Assembly (NCBI RefSeq): GCF_018350175.1
Contig: NC_058368.1
Coordinates: 9,858,001-9,922,000 of the forward strand
Direction: 5' to 3'
Length of the DNA stretch: 64,000 nt
From: Felis catus
Lineage: Eukaryota
Every line of letters starts with the position of its first letter. Position 1 is the first letter of the stretch. Positions 25,374-38,332 of the stretch are shown in pieces. The translations under genes were made by a program, and so were the position numbers. The notes beneath the pieces were generated by a model, which was not told the DNA's origin, ran no database searches, and worked only from the letters and a program-made list of their open reading frames with translations.

Positions 25374-25567
25374 TCTTTATTTATTTTCACATGTTTTTAT
25401 TTTTGAGAGGGAGAGCGAGTGGGGGAGGGGCAGAGAGAGAGGGAGACAGAGAATCGGAAGTGGGCTCTGCGCCGATGGCAGAGAACCTGGTGCAGGACTT
25501 GAACTCCCGAATCATTAGATCATGGCCTGACCTGAAGTTGGAAGCTCAACCGACTGAGCCACAGAGG
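25374..25567 (-). mobile_element. Can-SINE ~25 nt downstream of the exon 4 donor
   Basis: T-tail, GA tract, ACTGAGCCAC. Confidence 0.85.
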
Positions 25568-25679
25568 TTGAGCTTCAGTTTTGTCTCATACATGTGGAAA
25601 AGATACAGATACACATCACTCATTATCCCACAACTCCCCCAAAATCTCTATTCTCAATTAAGGGCATATATAATTTTTT

Positions 25680-28260
25680 TCTTGTAAAATAGGATACCCA
25701 TGAAGCCACCTCCCAACTCAAGAAGAATTAGTATATTCTCGATTATTTAACCTCCTATGTGTTCCTCCCCATCCCACCCTCCATCTCCCCTAGGGGTCAT
25801 TATTCCCAAATATGGGTTATCATTCCGTTTTTTTCTTTTATGTATGTATTGCTAAACAGTATATTGCCTACTTTAGTTTGTTTTGAACTTTATGCAAAGG
25901 ATGTTGTACGGTATGTCTTCTGGGGCCTTGTTTTTCTTTTTATAAAGATTTATCTATGAAGTTGGTGTGTATTGGTAGTTTGTTATTTTTTGTTGCTATA
26001 AATTTACATTTTGTAAATATATCAATATATTTATTCATTCAACTGTCATTGAGTTGTTCTTTGCCATTGTAAATACCTGGGCTCATCTAGAGAGTTTCTC
26101 TTGAGTATACTGTAGGAATGGAATCAAATCTGAGTTCAGATTGACAAGACAATGGCAGATTGTTTTCCAAAGTGCTTGTACCAGCACTCCCATTAACAAT
26201 GTGCAAGAGATCTTCCTTATCTTCCCGATCCATATATTCTCCCTTGGTTATTTTCACATTTAGAGAATTTTGCTATTTGATGTAAAATGGGTTTTCGTCT
26301 TGATTTGCCTTGCCCAAATTTTATTTTCATTCCAGTTAACACAGTGTTACGTTAGTTTCGGAAGTACCGGAGGGTGAGTCAGCAGTTCTGTTCATCACCC
26401 CGTGCTCATCACTCCTTAGTTCCCTCACCTGTTTAGCCCATCCTCCACCAACCTCTCTGCCTTTCCCAAATTTTAAAGAGGTTGGACAGCTCTTCATGTG
26501 TAGCATTGATCATATGTTCCCTCTTCTGAAATGCCCGTGTCTTACCGCTATTTGTTCAGTTGTCATGTTCTTATTTGTTTGATTTCTATGGGTCTTTGTT
26601 GTTTATCTTTGTATCAGGTATGTGTTGCTAAATCTCCCAATTTGTATCTTGTGTTTTCACTTTTCTAAAGATATCTTTTGTACAGAAATTGTTAATCTTT
26701 CCTTTTGTAGCTAGTAATACGGCATTTAAAAGGAGTCATTCCTTTTCCCAAGATCAGAAAGTTATTCACCTATATTTTCACTGAAAAGTCAGAAAGATTT
26801 GTGGTTGACATTGAATTATTTTAAAGTTTTATTTATTTGGAGAGAGTGCGTGCAAGCGGGGAGGGGCAGAGAGAGAGAGGGAAGGAGAATCCTAAGAAGG
26901 CTCTACACCAGCAGCGCAGAGCCCGACGTGGGACTCAAACAAACCCACAGTCTGTGAGATCATTACCTGAGCCGAAACCAAAAGTAGGATGATGCTCAAC
27001 CAAGTGAGCCATCCAGGCACCCCAACATGGAATTTTTAATTCAGCTGAAGTTACCTTTTGTGTGTGATAAAGATCCCCTTTTCCCCCCATTGTCCAGCTC
27101 CGCTTTTTTCTTCAATTTACCTGCCAGGCCACCTCTGTCATATAGCCGTCCATTTATTTGTGCAGTTTGGTTTTCTTGGTTACTTTGTCCTTGTGTCAGC
27201 ACCACACTCTTTTAACTATTGGGGTTTTTTAGGTCTTGCTGCCTGGAAGTATAAGAATCCTCATCTTTATTCAGCTTGGTTTTGATCATGCGATGCAGTC
27301 TTTTATATAAATCTTACACATTGTTTTCCCAAGAATCCTCACCTTTTTCATCTTGTTTTTGGTTAATGCAGTCTGTTACGTCAGTCTTATACATAGTTCC
27401 CCCATTGTTGACCATGTTTCCGTCCCTGCACCGATGCCACACTATTTTAATTATTGTGGCTTTTTGAGGTCTTTCTCTCTGGTAGGGGCAAGAATCCTTA
27501 CGTTTATTCAGCGTGACTTTGGTGTTGCAGTCTTTTATATATACGTCCTGCATATGTAAAATATATATATTGTACTTCCATATATATTGTTGACCATTCA
27601 GGCTGCTTATTATTTTATCAGTTATGAATAAGCTTCATGACAAATATCCATATATCCTTTGAATCCACTGCTGATTTTATCCTAGAAGGGATATTAAAAT
27701 GTGAATATAAAGAATCTTTCTGAAAGGCTTTATAGAAGGGTTATATCAACATATGACTCCATTATATGTAGAGGAAAACATCCCAGAGCACTCAGATCAC
27801 CTTTGGGTATAAACATTTTAAAAGTTATAATTTTGTCAGATATTTTGTTTCAATTTGAGTTTCCTTGAGATTGAATTTTTTGTAATTTTTAAAATCCAGT
27901 TTTTCACGAGCATTTTTGCTTTTGTTTTTTCTTTGTATTTCTATGATTATAGGAACCCCAGTACGGAGTTAGCTGACAGTTCAGTTGATTATTGCAGAAG
28001 AGCATATTTCTCGTTCAAAATTGACTTGCATTCATTTTAATTATGTTTATTTTTTTATAAAGCATAGCCACTTTTTGTGTGTGTGTGTGTGTGTGTGTTT
28101 TTATTCCACTATAATTAACATCCAGTGTTATATTAGTTTCAGGTGTACAATATAATGATTCAGCAGTTCCGTGTATTACTCAGTGTTCATCCCAATAAGT
28201 ATACTCTTAATTCTGTTTACTTCACCCATTTTATATGTTCAATCATTAATTTTTTAACAG
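25680..28260 (-). mobile_element. Degenerate L1M fragments with short nested carnivore L1 3' ends (~26320-26457, ~28100-28230)
   Basis: L1-like motifs; the 26320 insert is flanked by TGCCTT(G/T)CCCAAATTTTA. Confidence 0.6.
26818..27023 (-). mobile_element. Can-SINE
   Basis: GAGCCATCCAGGCACCCC head. Confidence 0.85.
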
Positions 28261-28694
28261 AGTAGTTGTAGCTTGTATAATATGGTTGTAATTACATTTA
28301 AGTTGACTTTGAATTGTAAGTTTTCTCTTCTTTTTTTGGCATGGTCAAATAAAAGTTCCAGTTTATGCTTACTTCATATTATAGGGGAATCCAGGTATTT
28401 TCGTGGTAAAACATACCAACAGAGTGTGATCAGGCTATATGAATTATTTGTAAGAGGTTTCGGTGAAGTCTTTTGTAGCTTAAGAATAACTAGAGTCAGG
28501 TGCATATGGTGGCTTTGATTCAAAATAGTTTTCTTATTAATCTTAGTTTTCTGTCACAATAGTTCCATTATGAGGACTTTAACCCTAAAGAAATGAATAA
28601 AAACGTGGACAGGTATGTGCCCCAAAGTCGTTTATCACGACAGTATTTATAATAGTGAAAAAAGAAGCAAGTTAAACGTCCGGCACTAGGGAAA

Positions 28695-28931
28695 TTTTTT
28701 TTTTTATTTAAAAAAAATTTTTTTTTTCAACGTTTATTTTATTTTTGGGACAGAGAGAGACAGAGCATGAACAGGGGAGGGGCAGAGAGAGAGGGAGACA
28801 CAGAATCGGAAACAGGCTCCAGGCTCTGAGCCGTCAGCCCAGAGCCTGACGCGGGGCTCGAACTCACGGACCGCGAGATCGTGACCTGGCTGAAGTCGGA
28901 CGCTTAACCGACTGCGCCACCCAGGCGCCCC
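28695..28931 (-). mobile_element. Young SINEC_Fc-like SINE
   Basis: TSD GGGAAATTTT; CpGs intact. Confidence 0.92.
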
Positions 28932-29588
28932 GGGAAATTTTTAATAAAACTGTGGTTCAGTTGGAGTGTAATAACTAGCCTACAGAATTTTTAATGATGC
29001 AAATTCATGTGAAGTAAGCAGGATGTGTAAACATTAAGTAAGCAGAACTGTGTAAACATGCTGTCATTGAAGACTCCTTCACCGCCCGCCACCCCCCAGA
29101 AACAATAGAAGGAGGGAGCTATGTATACCAAATGTTAGTTTGGGAAATAATTATACTTTTATCTGCTCCTGTGATCTGGCTAAGTTTGATAAAAGTTCTA
29201 CAAAAAAATAAATGACTAGATGTCTCTAACAAGTAATAATCACAAGACAAGACGTAGCTTCAGCTGTTTCAGAGGTAGGCACACTATCTGAAAGCTTAGC
29301 TCTTTTGCTAGGCCTGTGGTTATTTGGATGAGGAAAGCTTTGCACTGAGATTTACTCAAGCACAAAGATGTTAGCTCATGGAATTGCTACTAATGATGCT
29401 GGGCTGAGGAAATACTAAGGCAGTAAATGGTATAACACAGAGGAATAAGAATCAAGGAAATTTTGTGTTTTCCATTTCGTCTCTACAAAGTGTATTGACT
29501 CTGATGAACTTTCATTCTTGGTAATGTCTTAATTTTCTGTGGAAGATACAGATTGATGAGAAGTTGATAATCTGTATTTCATTTTTAG

Positions 29589-29702
29589 ATGGAGATTGTA
29601 AAAAGCTTCCTTCAGAAGTATTTGCAAAGATAGAGACCTGTCTGAATGAAGTCAGAGATGAAATTTTCATTAGGCTTCAGCCTCAGCTTAGATGCACATT
29701 AG
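29589..29702 (+). CDS. USPL1: USPL1 exon 5
   Basis: ttttag|AT...TAG|GTAAGT; 114 nt, phase 1-1; DGDCKKLPSEVFAKIETCLNEVRDEIFIRLQPQLRCTLG. Confidence 0.95.
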
Positions 29703-31290
29703 GTAAGTAATTTGTGTAATTTAACTGTCTTACTCATCTATCATAAAGAAATCCTTACGTCATAAGGAAATACACTATTTTATTACTTTGGGTGATTAGA
29801 TTCTTTGGAGAAAAAATCTGTGTAGTTTCGTTTAGGAGCCTCCTGCTGGTTAAATCATTTGTTGGGTAGAGCTGTCCCGTATGAATATGCAGGCTTGTGT
29901 TCTACCCTTGAAAGTGGATGCAGTTCTCAGAACCAGATGGATACTCAGGGGGTGGACACCATTGGTTGCTTTTCTAATACTTACCTCCAGTAGACTGATT
30001 CAGTGTCTTCAACCTTGACGATGCATTAAAAAGTACCTAGGGCATTGAAAAGTACTTGACGTCCATTAAATAAGAATCTCAGGGATGCGGCTTAGAAGCC
30101 CCGTGTGATTCTTAAGGATGGACAGGGTTGAGAAGCTCTGATCTAAACCCAGCCATAGTAATTGGACTTCCCTTCCTGGGGATCGGTTGAAGAATTGCCG
30201 TACCCAATTTTCACCAAGAGAATATGAGGAGAAATATCCTGATGAGCTTTTGGGAAGGCTTTCTTTTAAGAAGGGCACAGTAACGAGACCTGCTTTGTTC
30301 TCTGTGATCTGGCCTTGGAGCAACGTGGAGCTAGGGGTGCTAGAGCCCCGGGGTTTCTCAATTTTTTGGGTATTGCAAAGAAGACCCAGTAGTGATTTTT
30401 TTTTTAAAGGGCATTGTCTTTTTGTTTTATTTCTCTTTATCCTTGTATTGACTCTTCTACTAATATTGTGTTGTGGTAAAAAATACAAGATACCTCTATT
30501 AGTATATTAGCCATATTAAATTATATAAGATATCAGTGCCTTCAAATTTTTCTCTCAGTGAGAAAAATCTATTTCATCAGACTCAGATACTGCATCTGGA
30601 AGCAAGGTCTTTGTGGTAAAAACCATGTAAATGGTAGTATCTTTGGTCTCACATTTCTGTCCCCTACTTTTATTATTTTGTTTTCCGTGAGCTCCTACGT
30701 TTGTGTTTCCTCTGTCCCTAAAATAATAAACTGAAATTCGATTTGCCAAATCTTTGGCATTATCTCCTTTAGGTCTAAAGGGCTTTTGTAACTTATTATC
30801 AGGTAGGATCTCAGATGCGATGAAAATTCTTTTTTCCTTTTTAGCAAAGTATAATTTAGATGTAGTAAAACTCTTTTTAAACGTATACGGTGTGTGGAAC
30901 CATTACCACGATCAAGGTAGAGAACACTGCTGTCAGCCTAAAAGTTTTCTTGAGGTTCCTTCAGTCCCTGTTCTTACCCCCAACCCCTGATCTGTTGGGT
31001 GGATACTCATCGCAGAGGAGCCTTTTCCATAAGATTACCAGAGTGCAGACTGAGGGGCTCCCGTGGTGCATTTTGCAGGTATCGCCTCCCTCCTGGAGTG
31101 ACCGGAGATGTTTTATTCAGGGTTCCTGCTCCAGTTCCCAGTTGAATTCGAGAGTGGTTTCTTCCCAAGTCTGAATCGCCACCCTTCTTAGTCCTGATCA
31201 TTATATTTGGAGCAAGGTTGTATCTTGCTCCACTGCTGCCTTGGGCCTGGTTTTCTATGTAACAGAGAAGGGATTTTTAAATGTTGTGGG

Positions 31291-31320
31291 TTTTTTTTTT
31301 TTTTTTAATGTTTATTTATT

Positions 31321-31373
<53 letters not shown>

Positions 31374-31562
31374 ATGAGTGGGGGAGGGGCAGAGAGAGAA
31401 AGAGGGAGGGAGAGAGAGAGACACACACACAGAATCTGAAGCAGGGTCCAGACCCTGAGCTGTCAGCACAGAACCTGATGCAGGGCTCGAACTCACAAAC
31501 CGTGAGATCATGACCTGAGCCGAAGTCGGATGCTCAACCCACTGAGCCACCCAGGCACCCCC
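31291..31562 (-). mobile_element. Can-SINE with expanded (GA)n
   Basis: (GA)n at ~31324-31370; TSD CAGAGAAGGGA. Confidence 0.9.
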
Positions 31563-32405
31563 AGAGAAGGGAATTTTAAATTCTTATTTTGTGCAGTCAT
31601 AGCAGTTGGGCATGCGTACAGCTCTTCTAATACAGTAGAATTCCTCTCTTGTTTGTGTTCATATTACTCATTGCACAGTACTGGGTGCTATGTTAGAGCT
31701 TAAGATCTTACCAGTGAAATCCAATCTGTGCTAAGTAAATACAAATAAACTTAAAAAGAGCATTTTAAAATTATACAGTGTTTGTGTTCTCATTCTGAGT
31801 GTCAATGTGTGTTTGAAAGTACTAAAGAAAGAGAAAGAGAATCTGTACTAACCCCGAATGTTGGTTACATTTTTAAGATCAGCCATAGCATCGTTTTGAT
31901 TATTGTTTTTAAAAAATGCATCGTAGCCTGTCCTCTCTGTTCCCCCTCCCTGCAGTTTAAGAAATATAAAACATTACAAATACAAGCTAAGCCCCCTTTG
32001 TACGCTTTCCTGTTCAGTTCTTCCTTACCTCTCCACAAAGGTAACTGCGCTCTTCAACTTAGTTTTCTCTTTCTAATGTCTAATTTTTTTTTTTTTAAAG
32101 ATAAAGCTAATATTGTTCTCGTTTGGATTTATTTATGTAATCTTAAAGATTAATTTAGTCTTTGAGATTTGTGTACTAGTGTAAGGATACACAGACCAGT
32201 AGAATAGAATAGAGTCCAGATGAAACCCTCCCTTTTTGCTTACCTCCTGTGACAGAGGTGGTGATGTAGAGAAGTAGGGGAAGGAAAAAGGCCGTCCGGT
32301 AAATGGTGTTGGGACAGTTTGTTCCTGAGACAGGGGGGAAGTTGGATCCCTACTTGACACTGTAATCAGAAAGAAATTTCAGCCCATTTAAAGACTTAAA
32401 CTTCA

Positions 32406-32589
32406 GGGGTGCCTGGGTGGCTCGGCTCAGGTCATGACCTCACAGTTCTCGAGTTGGAGGCCCACATAGAGCTCTGTGCCAACAGCAGGCAGCCTGCTTG
32501 GGATTCTGTCTCCCTGTCTCTCTGCCCCTCCCTGACTTGCGCTCGCGTGCGCTCTCTCGCTCTCTCTAAATGAATTAAAAAGAAAAAAG
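32406..32589 (+). mobile_element. Can-SINE with an internal head deletion, inside an old L1 fragment
   Basis: GGGTGGCTC joined directly to GGCTCAGGTC; TSD AAAGAC(T/C)TAAAC. Confidence 0.85.
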
Positions 32590-34396
32590 ACCTAAACATG
32601 AAAAAGCAGAATTCTAACACTTTGGTAAAGAATATGGCTGAATATTTTTCCACTCAGTGGAGAAGAATTTCCTAAATAAGGTACATAAAATAGTGGTAGA
32701 TACGATTACATTGAAGTTTAAAACCTCTGGGCAAAAATAGAACAAAGAAATAATATCCTGGATATCTTCTAAAGAACTCCGTACATTGGTTTAAAAAAAA
32801 CAAAAACAATGAACAGAAGAGAAAACTTGACTAGCGGGGCAGCAAAACGTCACTGAAAGAGTTGCATCATGGCAAATGATAGTATTTTAGGGAAATATGA
32901 AAAACTAGGTAGTTGGGTAGGAGTTGGGCTGAAGATACTAGAGTCAAAGAAACCACTTAACTGATTTCAACAGGAAGTTATAAAAATTGGAATTAATTGG
33001 TATTACGTGTTCTCTAGTAAATGCTTTATGCTTAATACCCATAAGAGTTGTAAACAAAGGAAAAATAATTAAGGTTAATTTAGGAGCTATATAAATTACC
33101 GAAAATGATCTGTATGCGTATAACTTATTTAACAGTGTGTTTTGAGCTCTTTTATGATTTTTTTCTTTTATGGTATTTTGATTTACTGAGAACTTTATGT
33201 ATTTTTAGACTTGCAGATTCTATGTTGTCATTAAGAAATATAAGTTAGTTGCTTCTCAATTAATATTTAGCTACGGTAGAGTAAGCATTTAAATGCTAGT
33301 AACTGTTACAAACATGCTGTACTGTTCCCTGTTTACGCTGTTTACTGTGTTTAGGAGATTGATTTACATTTATTTCTACATACAAAAATTTTGTTTTGAT
33401 TTTTATTTTTGTATGGAAATAGCTGTGGGGCTATACCACAAAGGCGACTGTTAAAATAGCCTTTGTAACTCCTGGTATAGAGTGTGCTCCGGCAGTAACA
33501 CCTGCTCTGCATTTGCATCCTGCCAAGGTGACTCCTCCTGGCCACGTTCCAGGCTGTGGTAGCTGCAGGCCAGGGGGAGAACTGGACCATGGAAGCGAGA
33601 CTGTTCCCGGGCAGTAGGGAAGGGAAGGACTCCAGTTCTTTCTAGGGCTGGATCAGTACGGCACCATCTAAGCTCCCCTGAGGACAGAAAGGCAAGAAAC
33701 CAACTGGAGAACAAGTGTAAGAGGAGAATGTAAATCTTCCTATTTGATTTGCCTGCTGATCTCTAAACTGGAGGACCAGATTCACTGTCCGGTTTTTGTT
33801 TCAAGGACACCAGAATTCAGATCTTCTCTAGTCTTAAAGTCATTGAAGTTTAATTTTAACTGTTAAAAGATTTTAAGAAGAGTGATAGAAGAGCAGGGAG
33901 ATTTGAGGCCGGCCCTTGAACCCTGTGTGTCACGTCCTTCACACGTGGAACAAGACGGTTGGAATAGAAGTGGCTTTTTAATGGTTTTGTCCACGTCTGC
34001 CATTATTCTACAATGTTTCACCAGGTGTATTATTTTTAGTATCTGTGGCAAGCTATGTATTTTTGCTTTATTTTTATAATACTCTAGAGCTGTTAACAGC
34101 TCTGAGGAGATAGTATGGGTCTTTTGTGTCTTTTGTCTTAAAAAGTTTTCGTAGGTGTCCGCCACAAAAAATGGAAGACAGGGACTGAAGTGATAATTAA
34201 ATCTTTATGATAGACATTTTTAGAGAAATGCTTTAAAAACTTCCCCTTGCCCCACTGTGAGTAACTTACTCTGTCATATATTCACGTTTTCACATATATT
34301 GTACTGTGAATGTAGTGAGAAAAGATAACAGTTAATGATTTGGGTTTACTTTTTTCAGTCAATTATGAACAATAGTTTTCCCTTTTCTTTTTATAG

Positions 34397-34526
34397 GTGA
34401 TATGGAGAGCCCAGTGTTTGCACTTCCCCTGCTCTTAAAAATGGAACCCCTCATTGAAAAGCTTTTCATGTATTCTTTCTCTTGGAATTTTGAATGCTCA
34501 CAGTGTGGGCACAAGTATCAAAGCAG
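34397..34526 (+). CDS. USPL1: USPL1 exon 6
   Basis: ttatag|GT...CAG|GTTAGT; 130 nt; DMESPVFALPLLLKMEPLIEKLFMYSFSWNFECSQCGHKYQSR. Confidence 0.95.
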
Positions 34527-34709
34527 GTTAGTTTTTCTCTTTTTATTTATTTTTTTAAATTTTAAATTTTTTATATTTTTCGTTTTTCTCTTTTTAAAAA
34601 TGGACTCATTCTATTGAAAATAGTTCTGAGTAATAAAATTTTAATGAAACTTCGATTTGTGGCATTGCTTTCTCCCTGGTTCCTTCTGCCCTCAGTAAAA
34701 TTTCCTACC

Positions 34710-35202
34710 AGGGTGCCTGGGTGGCTCAGGTGATTAAGCGTCCAGCTGCGGCTCAAGTCATGATGTCACGGTTCATGGGTTCAAGCCCCATGTCACGCCC
34801 TGTTCTGACAGCTTAGAGCTTGGAGCCTGCTTCAGATTCTGTGTCTCCCTCTCTCTCTGCCCCTCTCCCACTCACTCTCTGTCTCTTTCTGTCTCTCAGA
34901 AATAAATAAAAATGTTTAGAAAAAAATTTCCTACCATATCTTAAAGTCTCCCCACCAGTAAGATTAAAAGGAAAAATTTGAGGGGCGCCTGGGTGGCTCA
35001 GTCGGTAAGCATCTGACTTCGGCTCAGGTCATGATCTTACAGTCCATGAGTTCGAGCCCTGCATCGGGCTCTGTGCCGACAGCTCGGAGCCTGGAGCCTG
35101 GAGCCTGCTTCGGATTCTGTGTGTGTCTCTCTCTGCCCCTCCCCCACTCGTGCTCTGTCTCTTTCTCTCCCAAAAATAAACATTAAAAATACAAAAAAAT
35201 AA
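34710..35202 (+). mobile_element. Two sense Can-SINEs (34710-34927, 34982-35202)
   Basis: Heads and tails; TSDs AAAATTTCCTACCA and GGAAAAATTTGAG. Confidence 0.9.
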
Positions 35203-37779
35203 GCAATCAATCACTGGAAAAATTTGAGCCCCAGAAACTGCAATTTGCTTGCTTCTTTCAACTGGAAGAGTAAAAAACCATGGTCTGCGGGGTTACTTAG
35301 TAGGAGTTTTCTTCCGTGGGGACAGATGGGAAGAGCAGTGCATTCTCCCACAACCCCCATTCTGGATTCCCTGCGGAGTAAGAATACTTCTTAGAATTGC
35401 CTGAAATGATCCGTGTTTTGTTTCCTCTGTTAGCAACTAGGGTTTTTGTTCGGTTACCTTTTTTAACCTCACGGAAACTGATTTGAGGCTCTGGGAGTCT
35501 GGCAGTAGTTCTGAGAAGAACTTAGGCTCTTCCGCTCCTCCGTGCAAGACCAGCCACCGCCAAAATCCTCTTGCATGTGAGCTGTCTCAGCCTGCTTCCT
35601 ACTTCCCTGAAGCTCTGGGTGAGGATTAGAGGGGTCCTGGTGGGCGCACAATCATTTTATGCCCTGAGACTGGGACTTGAGAGGAACCATGGAGAAGAAA
35701 GCGGCAGAGGGTTTCTTTTGCTTCCATACACTGAGCCACATAACAAGGAGAGAAAGTTGGTTTGGAAAGAGGAGTCAGAGAAAGTTTTCATCACACATGA
35801 CACCTTCACTCTGTCCATACGTGAGAAAGTTGCTGACTGGCAGTTAAACTCACCAAACTGGTTTTGTTGGTCATTTATTCAAATTACTGTCATGGAGATC
35901 GATACTTTCCTCTTGCCTTAAACTCACCCACCTACTAGCAAATTAGAAAATTCGGAGTCAAATTATTAAATAACATATTTAAAATTAAAATTATTTAACA
36001 TTATTAAATAAAAATGTGAGAGAAAACCATTGAGATATTCATTATCTAAATTGAGATTATTTTTGGTATTTAAGGATCACTCAAGGAGAGTCAAGTCTGA
36101 GAGAATGTTCTAGGGAATGCAAGCAACAGAACCAGAAGACATTTGTTTTTTACCAGTTGACTCAGAAGTAGTAGAACAGAGTAAGAATGAGCATTCACTC
36201 ACACCTAGGACTTAAAATAGTTTTCTGTAAGTGAGTATAAGAACAAGTTATCTATTTCTCGGTCTTCTGTCACTGGTTTATATAAATTATCTAATTTTCT
36301 CCTCATTTGACAGATAGGGAAACTGAACCTTGAAAAGGGGGTAAATAACACCCAAGGTGACACACACTAGTAGATGGCAAAACTCAGGCTTACGTTTTCT
36401 GGCCTCGATTTCTTGCTCACTGTAGTATACACACTCCCTAATCACCACCTGGATTTTAAGTAATACAAACAAGCTTGATGATTAAAATCAGCTTAATTAC
36501 AGCTTTTCCAAAATCTACATCTGAGTTGTTTGACAGCTTTTCATTGAGTATGTTTTATGTGCCAGGAACTCAACAGAAATAATCTCTATCTGGCCAAATT
36601 CAGACCAGTTAGTTAGGGAGATAACATATAAACACATTATTGAGGGCCAGTGACTTAGTAATTATTTTGATCTGTTGGCTGCATTAAGTTACTTTGAATA
36701 CTTTGAATACAAGAGCATTTTGGAGGTGTGTTAAAAAATCTCAGAGGGCTCAGGGGAAAGAAGCCACTGGCTGTTTGAGTTTGCTGGTTTCTGGTTTTAT
36801 TTTTTTTAATTCCTTTGTTCTAAAAGTAAGTAGTTCTAGAGGAAAAGCTAACATGAAGTGGCGTTTCATTAAATCTTAATATATCATAGTTTAAAACTAT
36901 TTCCACTTAATCCAACGTGAGAATATCCAGCAAACTCACTGGGTTTTGTGCTGCTTCTTTTGGTGCCAGTTTAAGATCTGTTACTTGATTTATAAGGTAC
37001 ATTCTGGAGGCAGTTATTTACAGGGTCTTTGGAGTCAGACTCCCTGGATTAAAATCTCAAGTCGGTCATTTATCGTCTGATATGCAGTCTGTTTCACTTT
37101 CCTCATCTGTAAAATGGGGATAAGAATAGTATCTGCCACTTAGGGTTGTTTGGGAGAGGAGCGTAAACGCCCTGCCCTGCACATAGTACGTGCTCAAAAA
37201 CGTTAGCTGTCATGTGGAGCATGAACATTTATTTGCAGAGACAAACTCCCCCTTATAGACTAAAAAATGGGAGCCTTAACAGTCATCTGTGAGCACTAAA
37301 AATTTAGTAGAAATAAATCGTTCCATTTTGTTGATAACTTTATGCTGCTCACTTTTAAAATGTTAGCTTCCCTGAGAACTGCTGTATTTGTAATAGCCTG
37401 TGCTGATCTCACTTACGATTGATCGATATTTGTTGTTATTGTTTAGGAAAAAACTAATGTCTATTAGGTAATTAATTGCCCCTTTAAAGGTTTTTTTTTA
37501 TTAAAGTAGACCCAATTGATGTAGTGTACATCTTGAAAGATCATTTTAGGTGCCTCTTGCCGTCAGGTATCTAGACTAAAGTGCAAATTTGGGACTTCTG
37601 TATCTGGGAAAACAAAATTCTGCCACAACTGGCATTCTAATTTTTTAAAGATCAAGAAAGTTAAGTTGTATGTGTTCGTGATTATACATTTGGAACTGTC
37701 TTTTTTCCTTTTTGGTTGTCCATACGGGTAGCCAGATTGTAATTTTGTAGGTAAGGGGTGAGCTCGTAATAAATTTGGA

Positions 37780-37988
37780 AGCGGTGGTTCTCAGCGAGGG
37801 GCTGTTTTGCACCTCGTGGGACGTTTGGCGGTGTTTGGAGCTAACGGTCGCTGCACTTGGAGGCTGTTACTGGCATCTAGTGGGTCGAGGCCAGAGATGG
37901 TGCTGAACAGCCCCAGTGCACGGGACAGATGCCTCACAGCAAAGAAATACCCAGCGCAAAATGTCAGTATTGTTCTTGAGAAACCCTG
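37780..37988 (+). mobile_element. MER20 (hAT-Charlie)
   Basis: GGTGGTTCTCA...TACTGGCATCTAGTGGGT...GAGAAACCCTG. Confidence 0.8.
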
Positions 37989-38206
37989 CCTTTCGTATTG
38001 TCTTCATCTCACAGCTGAAAAAGTACAGGAGTCGCTGTGGAGAGTCTTCACAAAGAGCTTTACTAGGGTGTGCGAGGAACGTTAGCATATTGATTTATCA
38101 TGTGATATGGGGGAATAGGGAAGTATAAATAAATGAATGAAGGTTTAGGCATTGACTGAAATTAATGTAAACGAATTTAAGTTAATTTATGTCTTCTGTT
38201 TTACAG

Positions 38207-38332
38207 ATACATGAAGAATCTGGTCACCTTTACAAATGTCATCCCTGAGTGGCACCCACTTAATGCTGCCCATTTTGGTCCATGTAACAATTGCAGGAAT
38301 AAGTCACAGATAAGAAAAATGGTATTGGAAAA
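38207..38332 (+). CDS. USPL1: USPL1 exon 7
   Basis: ttacag|A...AAA|GTGAGT; 126 nt; YMKNLVTFTNVIPEWHPLNAAHFGPCNNCRNKSQIRKMVLEK. Confidence 0.95.
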
